Shown here one piece after another: positions 52,913 to 63,249 of a stretch of DNA of 64,000 nt. Location: sequence record MF158045, one strand, 5' to 3'. The stretch comes from Shigella phage Sf22. How positions within the stretch are numbered: position 1 is the stretch's first letter; every line of letters begins with the position of its first letter. The position numbers and the translations under genes are program-made. A model generated the notes under the pieces. That model searched no databases and was not told the origin of the DNA. It saw nothing but the letters and a program-made list of their open reading frames with translations.

Positions 52913-53280
52913 TTAAATTTAATGGCTTGAAGAAGACTAATAATTCTCAAGCGACTTCTTTCATCTTTAACTGTAAAAGAAAGAGGGTCACCAGATTTCA
53001 TAGTAATAGTACATTCAAAATCAAAATCTTCGGAAACTTCTTTGAAGAAGTCAAATTCTTCATCATAAATTAGAACATTACTCTGACAACTATGAAGAAT
53101 TTTTCCATCATTTCCGGATGCTGTACTAATCATTGTAACATTATGACCTTTCATATCTTCAACGATAAATTCGCTTGTAGATATTACAGCATTAATAGAA
53201 CCATTCCTATAAATAGCAGACATTAGATATTTCTTTTCTTCGCCTTTGCGAATACGATACTTCTTACCGATTTTAAACAT
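52909..53280 (-). CDS. Hypothetical protein (123 aa)
   Basis: ORF track. Confidence 0.5.
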   Translation of the reverse strand: MFKIGKKYRIRKGEEKKYLMSAIYRNGSINAVISTSEFIVEDMKGHNVTMISTASGNDGKILHSCQSNVLIYDEEFDFFKEVSEDFDFECTITMKSGDPLSFTVKDERSRLRIISLLQAIKFK

Positions 53281-53282
53281 AA

Positions 53283-53459
53283 TTATCCTTTAAGTAAGTC
53301 GTAAAATCCACCATTCACATGCTTAGGAGCAGAAGGCCGACGAATAGACAGACGATGACATTTAGGGCAAACATCATTTTCTCGTTCAGAAATCTTTTTA
53401 ATTTTTTCATATTCATGCCCGCAATCTTCGGATTGGCATTTATAATCATACATTGGCAT
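53283..53459 (-). CDS. Small zinc-ribbon protein (58 aa), FmdB-like
   Basis: Hand-translated MPMYDYKCQSEDCGHEYEKIKKISERENDVCPKCHRLSIRRPSAPKHVNGGFYDLLKG; two CxxC pairs; below the ORF-track cut-off. Confidence 0.5.
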   Translation of the reverse strand: MPMYDYKCQSEDCGHEYEKIKKISERENDVCPKCHRLSIRRPSAPKHVNGGFYDLLKG

Positions 53460-53461
53460 AA

Positions 53462-53887
53462 TTATTCCTTAAAGTGAGCTTTCAACATCTGATACAAGGA
53501 CCATGCCTGTTCATTATTTTCAATAGTAACTTTCATGACTGGGAATTCTGTGAAATCTTCTATTTGTTCTTGCTCTTTCTCTTCCTGCTCTTGCTCTTCA
53601 ACTGCCTGATATGGATTTTCCACTTCATCAAAGAACTCGGCTTCGTTAGTAGAGAGCCAGATAAAGTTTTCGTCAAGGATATCACCATGTGTTGCATATC
53701 CAATTGTGCCAGTAAATGACATAATTTTAGTAGGACGACCAAGATGGTCAACATCTAAAATTTTAAAAGGATGCATACCTAAACGTCGTGCATAAATTCC
53801 ATTATCAGTATGGTCTTTAATAAAAGCTTCTTGAGCTTGTTTATTTTTAAATTGATACCATTTATTAACTTCAAATTTAATAGCCAT
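53462..53887 (-). CDS. Hypothetical acidic protein (141 aa)
   Basis: ORF track; Glu/Gln-rich central linker. Confidence 0.5.
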   Translation of the reverse strand: MAIKFEVNKWYQFKNKQAQEAFIKDHTDNGIYARRLGMHPFKILDVDHLGRPTKIMSFTGTIGYATHGDILDENFIWLSTNEAEFFDEVENPYQAVEEQEQEEKEQEQIEDFTEFPVMKVTIENNEQAWSLYQMLKAHFKE

Positions 53888-54102
53888 TAATAAATTTCCT
53901 TCCAGTAAGTTGTGCCATCTTCAGTAATTTCACGAAATACACCGTAAATTGGTTGTTTATCACCAACCTTTTCATACACATAAACCGAAGTCAAGTGAGT
54001 AAACTTAACGGTATGTTCCTTTTGAACCACTACCAAATCTGGATCAAATAATACATCTTCAAATTCGTCATTAGTGCAATTCTGAACAATTTTACGTTTC
54101 AT
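53887..54102 (-). CDS. Hypothetical protein (71 aa)
   Basis: ORF track. Confidence 0.45.
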   Translation of the reverse strand: MKRKIVQNCTNDEFEDVLFDPDLVVVQKEHTVKFTHLTSVYVYEKVGDKQPIYGVFREITEDGTTYWKEIY

Positions 54103-54208
54103 TACAATTTCCTCATTAATTAAACATTGGAGCGATACGTTTCAGAAGAGTAGCAGCACCTTTAGCGAATTTTACATCATGAAAAACAGTTTCTTCTTCT
54201 GTAACAAC

Positions 54209-54385
54209 TCAAACTTTAATATTTTCACAATCCCAATTTTTACGAACAATCTTCAAAAGCTGCAGTAAATCTTTACATTCAGCAATATCGATAACACATC
54301 CACGAGAATCTTCCATTATCGCACGATAACCGTAAGCCATACCATAATCATTAAAAGATTGCTCGATGATAATTAAGTTTTCCAT
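54209..54385 (-). CDS. Hypothetical protein (58 aa; start moved to MENLIIIEQ)
   Basis: Conserved leader TTGGAGAATAAAATG. Confidence 0.45.
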   Translation of the reverse strand: MENLIIIEQSFNDYGMAYGYRAIMEDSRGCVIDIAECKDLLQLLKIVRKNWDCENIKV

Positions 54386-54409
54386 TTTATTCTCCAAGTT
54401 GTTTTCTGT

Positions 54410-54450
54410 ATCAGTAGTTGATATTGATATAGTACCATAATCAACTACTG
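54410..54450 (-). promoter_or_regulatory. 13-bp perfect inverted repeat (ATCAGTAGTTGAT / ATCAACTACTGAT) bracketing a TACTAT -10-like element
   Basis: Arms separated by 17 nt; overlaps the conserved early-promoter/leader module. Confidence 0.4.
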
Positions 54451-54482
54451 ATGTATATAGTTTTATGAAAAAATTTTAAACT

Positions 54483-54974
54483 TTATGCATAGCGAGCTTT
54501 GCTGTAGTGTTTAATCCAACTTTCAGGAATGACTTTGTATGTTCCTAAAAATACCGCGTTGTATAACTTAACGCCATCTTCTACCCATTGATCAGTAATG
54601 TATGCACACATAGCGCGAGTACGGTTAACAACACCTTCCTCACCTTCAGTAAATTCAAACTCATAAGGAGCAACGAACTTGATAGCTTGACCGAGTTTCC
54701 ACTTAAAGTCTACACCTACATGCGAAGTATCAATCGTTTCAATTCCTTTAGCGGGAACAGCTTTCAAAAACGCAGGCTCAAGAAATTTCCATCGAACATA
54801 ACCAAACTGAGGTTTAGACATTCCATCTTTAGGAATGATACGCACTTTTACTTCAGAATCTTCATCTTTAACACCATGTTTAAGCTGAATGCTTACGACT
54901 TCAACCAATTTTCCTGCTGCCTTAGAACGGGATTTATCAGATACACGAGCAATTTCACCGATATTAATATTCAT
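54483..54974 (-). CDS. MotB-like protein (163 aa), by position and size
   Basis: ORF track; C-terminal region paralogous to the next ORF. Confidence 0.5.
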   Translation of the reverse strand: MNINIGEIARVSDKSRSKAAGKLVEVVSIQLKHGVKDEDSEVKVRIIPKDGMSKPQFGYVRWKFLEPAFLKAVPAKGIETIDTSHVGVDFKWKLGQAIKFVAPYEFEFTEGEEGVVNRTRAMCAYITDQWVEDGVKLYNAVFLGTYKVIPESWIKHYSKARYA

Positions 54975-55047
54975 AATTATCTCTCACTTGTTAAAAAGAT
55001 TTTATACTCCACGGGACCATTATACTCTGGTCCCAAGAGTTTGTAAA

Positions 55048-55485
55048 CTAGCTTACACGAACATTAATCACTGCGCTGCGAGGAACTACAGAGTACTCTC
55101 CAGCATGAACTACGTTCAGAAGTTCAACACCATCTTCAATCCACTGATCAGTCACCCATCCACCCACAGGATTCGCGAATGGACGACGAATATAAACTGC
55201 CTTACACAGCAGATCAGTTGGATCTTCAGGTTTTTCAATTTCTGTCAATAGACTAAAATCTTTTTCATAAATAATAAGCGGTGATACCATTCCATAATAG
55301 TTTCTAATTTCAATATACATCATACCGATAAGAATTCCGCTATTAACACTAATAACAGTAAAAGGATATCCGCCAGTTAAACCAAGAAGTTCACAAAACT
55401 TATTATGAGCTGTATTAGACAGTACCGAAAAATTCTTAATTTCATCAAATTTTTTCAATTGATAAACAGCATTATTTTTAATCAT
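55048..55485 (-). CDS. Hypothetical protein (145 aa), paralog of the C-terminal domain of the preceding ORF
   Basis: Shared segment ...TDQW[IV]EDGV.L.N.V..G.Y.V.P.S... Confidence 0.5.
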   Translation of the reverse strand: MIKNNAVYQLKKFDEIKNFSVLSNTAHNKFCELLGLTGGYPFTVISVNSGILIGMMYIEIRNYYGMVSPLIIYEKDFSLLTEIEKPEDPTDLLCKAVYIRRPFANPVGGWVTDQWIEDGVELLNVVHAGEYSVVPRSAVINVRVS

Positions 55486-55495
55486 AATTTTCTCT

Positions 55496-56038
55496 TTAAT
55501 CTAAGGTAATAAAGCCTTTTAATTCGGCATGGGATTTACGGAACATTACTTGGTGCCCGCCAATGATAACTTGATCATCTGGAACTTCGTATACAGCGAG
55601 ATAAAATCCTTTAGAAGATAATTCTTCACGCTCTTCTCGTGTGAACCATCTCATCATATCATATTCGCTAGCGAAAGCAAAATGATAAAGAGCTATAAAC
55701 CATCCTGGAATATAGTGATCTACGCCTACATATTCTTCTTTCTCAAAATTAGTATTAATTGCTATATTAGCATTTTTAACTAATAATTTGTCTTCGTGTG
55801 GAAGAGGAATTCTTTTATTATCATTACTATGATGCATAAAATTAGGTCTGTCATAACCTACGTGTAATAACCACTCTTCGCTCCATGAATCTATTATACT
55901 CCTGTATGGCGTTATTTGAACACAAAGATCTCGACGTATTGTTATAGCATCTTCATAATTAAGAATACTAAACGATGATTCAACACGATAAATTTTCATT
56001 TTATTATCCTCAGTAGCTATGGTGTTATAATACCACAA
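55496..56038 (-). CDS. Hypothetical protein (180 aa)
   Basis: ORF track. Confidence 0.5.
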   Translation of the reverse strand: MWYYNTIATEDNKMKIYRVESSFSILNYEDAITIRRDLCVQITPYRSIIDSWSEEWLLHVGYDRPNFMHHSNDNKRIPLPHEDKLLVKNANIAINTNFEKEEYVGVDHYIPGWFIALYHFAFASEYDMMRWFTREEREELSSKGFYLAVYEVPDDQVIIGGHQVMFRKSHAELKGFITLD

Positions 56039-56062
56039 CTAACCGAGGAAGTAAACAACTTT

Positions 56063-56746
56063 TTATCGTTTAGTTGGAAGAGATAGAGGATCGCATTCTT
56101 CCTCTGACGGAGCATCTTCAAGACCCATAGCATATCGCAAAGCATACTTCATCATCAGGATGTCTTTCGCACAGTCATGAATAGAATCATGTGCAACGAA
56201 TCCATCTAAAGTTCCTTTTGGAAGAGGACACGTGGTCATATCACGAACAAGCAGAAGTGCTTCAATTCTGGTACGAATATCACGCTGATTCCAGAATTTA
56301 CATGGTTCTAACTTAAATGTATCAAGCTCATTCTCGGAAACGCCATTAAGACGTTGAATATCGCGAATGAGATCGACTAAAATTGGAAAATCAAACGACA
56401 TTCCACGGCACCAGCCTTGAGATTTCCAAGGATCGATATTATGTGCATTGATGTAATCGTTGAATTTTGCAATACCATCAATGGTGCTTACATCTTCATC
56501 GGATGGTGCAATATTTTTTCGAGCTTCAGGAGACTGATTTTTCCACCATTCGATAGTGCTTTTAGTAAAAAGACGATGTCCTTTTTGGCTTTTTAAATCA
56601 AATTTGATTTTAATGCCACGTGAAACTAGTTCATCGAATGATTCAACTACTTCTGGGTTAGGGTCAAAAGCAATTACAGCCAAATCAATAACAGCTGCTT
56701 TTTCACCGCTTCCCATTGTTTCAAAATCTATAATAAAATCAAACAT
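56063..56746 (-). CDS. dexA: Exonuclease A (DnaQ-like 3'-5' exonuclease)
   Basis: 227 aa, MFDFIIDFETMGSGEKAAVIDLAVIAF... with DEDD-type motif; matches recalled T4 DexA. Confidence 0.9.
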   Translation of the reverse strand: MFDFIIDFETMGSGEKAAVIDLAVIAFDPNPEVVESFDELVSRGIKIKFDLKSQKGHRLFTKSTIEWWKNQSPEARKNIAPSDEDVSTIDGIAKFNDYINAHNIDPWKSQGWCRGMSFDFPILVDLIRDIQRLNGVSENELDTFKLEPCKFWNQRDIRTRIEALLLVRDMTTCPLPKGTLDGFVAHDSIHDCAKDILMMKYALRYAMGLEDAPSEEECDPLSLPTKR

Positions 56747-57003
56747 TAAATTTTCCTCGCTAAATCACGAATTTGGCCTACAGTATAGTCTTGAATATAA
56801 ACTTTATTAATAGGCTCATCAATAAATTTTGCCATAGATTCAATATCTTTTTGTATCTCTTCAAGACTGTATACTATCTTTAAAGCTTTTTCGCGAATAG
56901 TAACATTATCAGGTCCTGAATTTTCTTGAATGACAGCTTTAACATTTGCCATAAGAGATTTAAACTGGTACCAACTTAATTCAATCATTAATAATCGCCT
57001 CAT
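56746..57003 (-). CDS. Hypothetical protein (85 aa)
   Basis: ORF track; similar in size and charge pattern to the next ORF. Confidence 0.5.
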   Translation of the reverse strand: MRRLLMIELSWYQFKSLMANVKAVIQENSGPDNVTIREKALKIVYSLEEIQKDIESMAKFIDEPINKVYIQDYTVGQIRDLARKI

Positions 57004-57241
57004 AAAGATAGCTAATTTCGCCTAAAACGTAATCATTGATTGTAACAGTTTTCACTTCACCACAAAAGAATTCTAACGCAATTAAATCTCGTTCAATTTC
57101 TTCTAATTGAAGCATCAACTTACTAGATTCAATTTTTACAGTTTCACGATTTTTACCATGAGCAATTTCATAAATTTCGCTAACTTTATCCTGAAGAAGA
57201 TAAAACTGATCTTTAGTTATTTCCACGAATAGCTTCCTCAA
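56981..57241 (-). CDS. Hypothetical protein (86 aa)
   Basis: ORF track. Confidence 0.5.
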   Translation of the reverse strand: MRKLFVEITKDQFYLLQDKVSEIYEIAHGKNRETVKIESSKLMLQLEEIERDLIALEFFCGEVKTVTINDYVLGEISYLYEAIIND

Positions 57242-57473
57242 ATTTAATTAGTAATTTACAGACACTTTCATCTAGTGTAATTACCGTATCTGTATTACTG
57301 TGATATGATTGTTTTTCAATTCGTTTAATTGCTAATATAGTATCACTTATAAGATAAAGCTTATGAAGGAGCTCAGCTCCTGTTACCATAACATTAAGAT
57401 TATCTTGCTTATTAGTATGCTTCCTTATACCATCTATTAGACGATTTAAATATTTTGAATTGATGTTAATCAT
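57213..57473 (-). CDS. Hypothetical protein (86 aa)
   Basis: ORF track. Confidence 0.45.
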   Translation of the reverse strand: MININSKYLNRLIDGIRKHTNKQDNLNVMVTGAELLHKLYLISDTILAIKRIEKQSYHSNTDTVITLDESVCKLLIKFEEAIRGNN

Positions 57474-57479
57474 ATATCC

Positions 57480-58799
57480 TCACACATAAAACACATCATA
57501 ACGACCACGAGTGACACCTACATAAAGAAGTTGCTGAGCTAATTCAGCATCTGCATAATGAATACAAGGCGTATAAATGAAAGCACGGTCTACAGACATA
57601 CCCTGAGCTTTATGGAATGTTGATGCAGGAAGTGCTTTCACTTTACTGAACTGTGATTTAGCATCCCAAAAATCACTCCATGGAGCTTTTCCGCCTTTGT
57701 TCCAATTTTTATAAGTTTCTGCCGTTTTACCTAAAAATAGGTTAAACTTATATAGCTCTTCATCAGATGAAATTATTTTAATCTTTTCACGATAATATTC
57801 ATCATCGCCGTAAGTTTCTACTGTTAAATCCCAATGACGAATTAAGTATTCTCCAGGAACACCACGAGCTTTAACAAACGTTGATGTATACTCTGCTTCT
57901 ATAATACGAACTAATTGTCCATTATTAAAAATAATTTCTGATACAGGCTTTCCATCAATTTTATATGTTTTAATTAATGGTTCCTGCATTACAATAATTT
58001 CACCGACAATAAAATCTTTATCAGTTTCAAAAATCTTTTTACGAATAATGCTATTTAACTTGTCAACAGATTTATTCGTAAATGCCATTACGCGATTTTC
58101 AAACAAATCATCTAGAGATTTGACGATTGAAAAATAATTTACCATAAAATCGCGTAAAGCGGTATCACCAGTAAATCCACGTACTCCATGCCCGTCAACA
58201 ACTTTATCATAAATCCACTTACCGTTGCGAACATCAGTAGCTACATCAATAATAGGAGCATTACTGCGTTTAACTTCAGTGAGTTCACACTGATAAAAAT
58301 CTTTATGTGTAAAGAATGGACTGATATAAGCAGTGTTTTCTCCTGGGTCAACAGGTCTAATTTGCTTATTATCGCCTATTCCAATTATAGTACACCACGG
58401 TGGGATAGTTGAAAGCAAAATTTTGAAGAGCTTTCTATCATACATTGACACTTCGTCGCAGATTAATACCCTGCATTTAGCTAAATCTGGTACTTCTTTT
58501 TGTTCAAAAAGAACGTTTTCTTCATACGTAACTGGGTTAATTTTAAGAATACTGTGAATAGTACTCGCTTCTTTCCCCGACAGTTTTGAAAGAATCTTTT
58601 TAGCTGCATGAGTAGGAGCTGCTAAAATAATACCAGTTTCACCCGTAGATATTAAAGCTTCAATGATGAATTTTGTAAGAGTAGTCTTACCAGTACCAGC
58701 AGGTCCATTAATAGTTACATGATGTTTCTTTTCTTTAATAGCCCTCATAACGATGTTAAAGGCATTTTTTTGGCCTTCTGTCAAATCATCAAATGTCAT
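57480..58799 (-). CDS. dda: Dda DNA helicase (SF1B)
   Basis: 439 aa; Walker A GPAGTGKTT; matches recalled T4 Dda. Confidence 0.95.
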   Translation of the reverse strand: MTFDDLTEGQKNAFNIVMRAIKEKKHHVTINGPAGTGKTTLTKFIIEALISTGETGIILAAPTHAAKKILSKLSGKEASTIHSILKINPVTYEENVLFEQKEVPDLAKCRVLICDEVSMYDRKLFKILLSTIPPWCTIIGIGDNKQIRPVDPGENTAYISPFFTHKDFYQCELTEVKRSNAPIIDVATDVRNGKWIYDKVVDGHGVRGFTGDTALRDFMVNYFSIVKSLDDLFENRVMAFTNKSVDKLNSIIRKKIFETDKDFIVGEIIVMQEPLIKTYKIDGKPVSEIIFNNGQLVRIIEAEYTSTFVKARGVPGEYLIRHWDLTVETYGDDEYYREKIKIISSDEELYKFNLFLGKTAETYKNWNKGGKAPWSDFWDAKSQFSKVKALPASTFHKAQGMSVDRAFIYTPCIHYADAELAQQLLYVGVTRGRYDVFYV

Positions 58800-59107
58800 C
58801 GGAAAGTCCCTGCAATTGGAATACTAACAATACGCCCAGTATCTAGAATTCGTTGATATAATCTTTGTGTATCTACATCAGGCTTAACATGTTTAACTTC
58901 TATTTTATTAAACCAAAACTTGCGTGGAGTCTCAACTAATCTTGGAATTCCTTTACCTAAAGCTAATCGATACTGCTCTTTAAGAGTAGTAAATACTTTA
59001 TCAGCAATATTCCATTCAAAAAATACAGCAGGACGATGTTCATCAAGCGGAACTGGCGCCGTAAATCCGTCTTTGTCTCGGTAAACTATCGCATATACAT
59101 AAACCAT
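58796..59107 (-). CDS. Hypothetical protein (103 aa), dda.1 position
   Basis: ORF track. Confidence 0.5.
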   Translation of the reverse strand: MVYVYAIVYRDKDGFTAPVPLDEHRPAVFFEWNIADKVFTTLKEQYRLALGKGIPRLVETPRKFWFNKIEVKHVKPDVDTQRLYQRILDTGRIVSIPIAGTFR

Positions 59108-59108
59108 A

Positions 59109-59855
59109 TTATCCTCGGATAAGTTTAAAAATTGAACAATTCAGCGGATATCCTCTTTTCAGTTTAAGTTTATCAATAAAAGACAAGTTTTGATACCGCT
59201 CTACACCTTGAATAATTTTATCACACATATCATATTGCATTTCTGCTTCTGACAACTTTTTCACAGTTTTCCAATCCGAGCCTTTAAGAAGAACGTTCAG
59301 TTTAACAACTTCAGCGCCTTCTGCTATGCGAGAACCATCAATACGAGCTTTAAGTGCTATAATTCTTAGCTTAATGTCAGAGGTCTGTTTTGATTTAGAA
59401 AGCTGAGAAATGTGTTCAATTCGGTTTTCACGTTTTTTCTGTATAGCTTTAATTTGATTATAAGTCTTTTTGATTTTAGCCCATTTCTTTTCATCTAAAT
59501 TTAGTTTATGAACTTTTTTCGCAGATGAACGACCAATTCGCAAAGCAAATAAATCACGCTTTTCAATCAACTCTTCTAAAGTATAATCAGAACGAAATGT
59601 ATTATACTTTTTCTTTACTGCAATAACATTCCCTTTAATGTATCCAACGTTATTATCAAAACGTTCTAATGATAATTTCTCTCCTTCAATACGATTATCA
59701 AAAGGTTCTCCCGAGTAAGCGCAAACTTTCTGATCTAAAATGTTCTTAATGTAATTGAAGTCTAAGTTAAAATCTTTAGAACGTCTTTTTGCAGATGCCT
59801 GAGTATGCTCTAAACGACGTTTAATTTTACGAATTTGATTATTAGACAGTTTCAT
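59109..59855 (-). CDS. Basic protein (248 aa), possibly Srd-like
   Basis: Lys/Arg-rich; lies between dda.1 and modA where T4 has srd; assignment by position and size only. Confidence 0.4.
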   Translation of the reverse strand: MKLSNNQIRKIKRRLEHTQASAKRRSKDFNLDFNYIKNILDQKVCAYSGEPFDNRIEGEKLSLERFDNNVGYIKGNVIAVKKKYNTFRSDYTLEELIEKRDLFALRIGRSSAKKVHKLNLDEKKWAKIKKTYNQIKAIQKKRENRIEHISQLSKSKQTSDIKLRIIALKARIDGSRIAEGAEVVKLNVLLKGSDWKTVKKLSEAEMQYDMCDKIIQGVERYQNLSFIDKLKLKRGYPLNCSIFKLIRG

Positions 59856-59977
59856 ATTTTTCTCACATCTTACGGACGATTGACTACTATACTATAACAT
59901 TTTTACTTTAACTTGTAAACAACTTTATGTAAAAATGCTTTAAAAATTTCATGGTATAATGAATCTAAGTCCTTCCA

Positions 59978-60580
59978 TTATAGATTAAATCCTTCAAAAT
60001 CAAGAGTATAGATAGTGTATGTTGAATACTTTTTGTACTCATATCTATCTGCAATTTTAAATACACTTCCAGCTGGTATCATTACTTCTTGTTCATCTGA
60101 AACTAATTCCATATTACGATAACGATGGCTATCCGGAAACTTAAAGTTTGGATTGTATTCTTTACAGCGTAGAGCTTTTATAGCATACTCCTGGAAATTG
60201 AATACCATAGGAGCTTTGAATTCAAAAATAACTTGTGTGTTATACTCTAAACCGGAAGCAAAATGTAGAGCTATATTTTTATCATATGAAGCTGATACTA
60301 CTTTATCAAATGTAATAATATCAATTCCTTGATTTAATATTTGTTTAGTCTCAACTGGAACACCTCTCCAAAGAGGTTTATCGTTTGGAACCAAACGAGA
60401 TTTGATTATTTCATTTAACCAAGTATGGTCATCTGGCTTATTAGTAATACAATGAATTAAAAGTTCAATTTCAGATAAATTAAACCCTTCAGAAAGTAAT
60501 TCTTCACGAATAGAAGCACGCACCGATGCATCCATTGATTTTATTTTAAAATCTTTTAGTTGCATTACTGAGTATTTCAT
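59978..60580 (-). CDS. modA: ADP-ribosyltransferase ModA
   Basis: 200 aa, MKYSVMQLKDFKIKSMDASVRASIREELLSEGF...; Arg / S-x-S / Q-E-V motifs. Confidence 0.85.
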   Translation of the reverse strand: MKYSVMQLKDFKIKSMDASVRASIREELLSEGFNLSEIELLIHCITNKPDDHTWLNEIIKSRLVPNDKPLWRGVPVETKQILNQGIDIITFDKVVSASYDKNIALHFASGLEYNTQVIFEFKAPMVFNFQEYAIKALRCKEYNPNFKFPDSHRYRNMELVSDEQEVMIPAGSVFKIADRYEYKKYSTYTIYTLDFEGFNL

Positions 60581-61200
60581 TCAACTACCTCAATATCATA
60601 AACTTTAAATGTTCCAAATGAATCGTGTAATTTTTCTTTTGAAATAGAAGTTATTTTATACTTTCCAATTGGAATCATCCATTCTTGTTCATGTACAATC
60701 ATCATTAAGTTATCAGTACGCTCTGAATCTAATCCATCAGTATCTTCATACGTGTACTTAAACTCAGTATTAGGAGAAGAAAGTATAATATCGCTGATAT
60801 GGTCAGAGTAATTAAAAGCTTTATCAGTTTTTAAACGAAGTATTGTTTCAGTGAAATATTCAGCATAAGAAAAAGAACACGCTGTATGCAAACTAGTAGT
60901 AAATGAATCTACCCTGTTCGTTGAAAACACTTCTCCAACTTGTAAATCTTTAATAAGTTCTTTTGTCGATTTTGATATACCACGATATAACTGATAAGGC
61001 GATTTAGTTAAATGCTTTTTAATGATTTTATTCAATTGCCGATGAAGAGCTTCATTCTTTTTAGCTTCCATACATTGCCAAAGAACAGACTGCTCAAAAT
61101 CAGTAAATTTTTCACAGACCTTTTTATACATATCATATTGAAAATCAACGCTTTCAGCTTTTATAGATAACTGTTCAACATCTGCAAGATTAATAATCAT
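60577..61200 (-). CDS. modB: ADP-ribosyltransferase ModB
   Basis: 207 aa, MIINLADVEQLSIKAESVDFQYDMYKKVCEKFTDF...; overlaps the modA start. Confidence 0.85.
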   Translation of the reverse strand: MIINLADVEQLSIKAESVDFQYDMYKKVCEKFTDFEQSVLWQCMEAKKNEALHRQLNKIIKKHLTKSPYQLYRGISKSTKELIKDLQVGEVFSTNRVDSFTTSLHTACSFSYAEYFTETILRLKTDKAFNYSDHISDIILSSPNTEFKYTYEDTDGLDSERTDNLMMIVHEQEWMIPIGKYKITSISKEKLHDSFGTFKVYDIEVVE

Positions 61201-61267
61201 GATAGCCTCCGTATACTTCAGAAGCTATCATATCATCGTTAGAAAGGAAAGTAAACAACTTTTTGAA

Positions 61268-61450
61268 TTATTTTGCCCAGGGAGCCCAGGGCGGAGGGTC
61301 AAGATGGTATGAAGCTAGTTCTTCTAGAAGAGCATCTGGGGCTTCAATTCCATAATTCTGTAATACTATACGGTACTCTTTCTTATAATCACTAGAATCA
61401 TTCTGGATATTCGTAGAATGATTATCTTCTAACATCTCAAATAAATCCAT
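61268..61450 (-). CDS. Hypothetical acidic protein (60 aa)
   Basis: ORF track. Confidence 0.45.
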   Translation of the reverse strand: MDLFEMLEDNHSTNIQNDSSDYKKEYRIVLQNYGIEAPDALLEELASYHLDPPPWAPWAK

Positions 61451-61458
61451 ATTAATTC

Positions 61459-61929
61459 CTAGCGATAAAAACCAAAGTGACGATTAGCTTCAACAATCTT
61501 TCTTTCTTCTTCAGACATTCTCCAGCGTAGTCCAACATCAAAATGAGCCCAGACCATCTTAACAAATGCGTTTATATCTTTAATATCTTCAATAATGAAT
61601 GTTTTACTTTTAGAAGGTTGACTCGCTAATTTAACTTTATCGTCTTCAAACATGTCAAAAAGACCATATTCATGAGCTCTTTTATAGCCTTTAATAGTTA
61701 AAGCTTCAGAAGAAGAAAATGGTGAATCTGTATTCTGCAAAATATCTTCAGTATGCTTTATAATTAGAATAACATTTTCTGGATATTTTCTTTCTTTTAT
61801 ATCTTTAATTAAAATATCCGGATTTTCTGCTAAAGGAATAATTAACGAGCATTTTTTATCAAGTGTATTTACTGATTTACCTTCTTTAGACATAAATTCT
61901 ATTGAATATAATTTTGCTACTTCAATCAT
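61459..61929 (-). CDS. Hypothetical protein (156 aa)
   Basis: ORF track. Confidence 0.5.
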   Translation of the reverse strand: MIEVAKLYSIEFMSKEGKSVNTLDKKCSLIIPLAENPDILIKDIKERKYPENVILIIKHTEDILQNTDSPFSSSEALTIKGYKRAHEYGLFDMFEDDKVKLASQPSKSKTFIIEDIKDINAFVKMVWAHFDVGLRWRMSEEERKIVEANRHFGFYR

Positions 61930-62082
61930 GTGATTTCCTTTTGCCTACTAATGGACCGTCAGGAATTTTGTTTTCCTGAATGTATTTCTCATTTTCTTCC
62001 ATCATTTTACTACCGATTTTAAGAAGCAAATCTAAGGCTTCATTTGCTTTAGCTTTAGCCTCTTCTAACGTCATGTTCTTGT

Positions 62083-62286
62083 TCATGATTTATCCCCATA
62101 GATATCTCTCATCAATTTAAGTGCTGAGCGTTCTAATTTCTTTTCTTTCTCAGCACTAATCATTGATTTCATCCATTCTTCCGATTCGTTCTGCATTTCT
62201 TTATTTGCCTGTTCAACCCAACCATCGTCAATATACATTGAGTTTGGTCTACTGAACCATTCAAGCATCTTCTTCAGAACTTTCAT
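62083..62286 (-). CDS. Hypothetical protein (67 aa)
   Basis: ORF track. Confidence 0.45.
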   Translation of the reverse strand: MKVLKKMLEWFSRPNSMYIDDGWVEQANKEMQNESEEWMKSMISAEKEKKLERSALKLMRDIYGDKS

Positions 62287-62746
62287 TTGTTTTACCTAAA
62301 ACAATAGTAGGAGCATCGTCAAATTCATGAATTTTTAGCAATTTTGGATTTAAATTATTCCATACATAATAAATAAAGTATGATAAAGCATCTTCACTCG
62401 CAATTATAAATTTATTTCCTTCATTTATTTTCCAGTCATATACTGAATCGTACGAATAAAAAGATAAAGGATTACCATTATATTGTTCTGCGCTAACATT
62501 AATGTATTCGGATTTAGTAAATGCTTCAATTGCTCTAAACGGACTATTTGGCACAGTTTCAATAATTCCGATCTTTTTAAGTTTTATTTCAACATCTTCT
62601 GGAACTGGCATTGAAACGAAATTTTCTACGAGATACATAGGGTTACAATAACCCTTATCAATCACTACGGCTACAGTAATTGGAACATCTTTAGCAAACG
62701 ACATGCTATTACTGCTAATATACATTTCAAACAAAATCGCTTCCAT
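62261..62746 (-). CDS. Hypothetical protein (161 aa)
   Basis: ORF track. Confidence 0.5.
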   Translation of the reverse strand: MEAILFEMYISSNSMSFAKDVPITVAVVIDKGYCNPMYLVENFVSMPVPEDVEIKLKKIGIIETVPNSPFRAIEAFTKSEYINVSAEQYNGNPLSFYSYDSVYDWKINEGNKFIIASEDALSYFIYYVWNNLNPKLLKIHEFDDAPTIVLGKTNESSEEDA

Positions 62747-62754
62747 AATTTTCC

Positions 62755-63249
62755 TCAGTCACAAGATGTAGATGAACAACCAGAATCACAAGAACTTCCA
62801 CATGAATCACCAGTCCAAGAACTAACAGCCGTGACTGTTATAATAGGAGCGGTATCGATATAGCTTTCTGAACGTCTTGAATCTAAATGTTCTTTTAACT
62901 TTTTAGAATTCAATGGAAGCGCACCTGCACCAACATTACCAGCTTTTTCTGGTTGACGAATAATTTCTTCCATCGTATCGTCGCTCGCATAAACATTAGT
63001 ATCATATGAATCAGAACTAGACTGTGTATTAGATGATGTAGTAGGTACTGACCAGCGCCAAGGATTTTTATAATATTCTTGGGCTTCTTCATAAGTCATA
63101 GTAACTGCTTCTACTGTTCCATCTCCCATATAAACATATTCAACTACAGTTAAAGGAAGATAGTCATTTGAAATAGGAACTACACCTTCTCCCGGAGTTG
63201 TAGAGAAAAAATCTGTAAAGAAATTTTTAAACCAATTAAAGATAAACAT
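62755..63249 (-). CDS. Hypothetical protein (164 aa) with Cys/Ser-rich C-terminal tail
   Basis: C-terminus ...[22 protein letters not shown]. Confidence 0.5.
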   Translation of the reverse strand: MFIFNWFKNFFTDFFSTTPGEGVVPISNDYLPLTVVEYVYMGDGTVEAVTMTYEEAQEYYKNPWRWSVPTTSSNTQSSSDSYDTNVYASDDTMEEIIRQPEKAGNVGAGALPLNSKKLKEHLDSRRSESYIDTAPIITVTAVSSWTGDSCGSSCDSGCSSTSCD

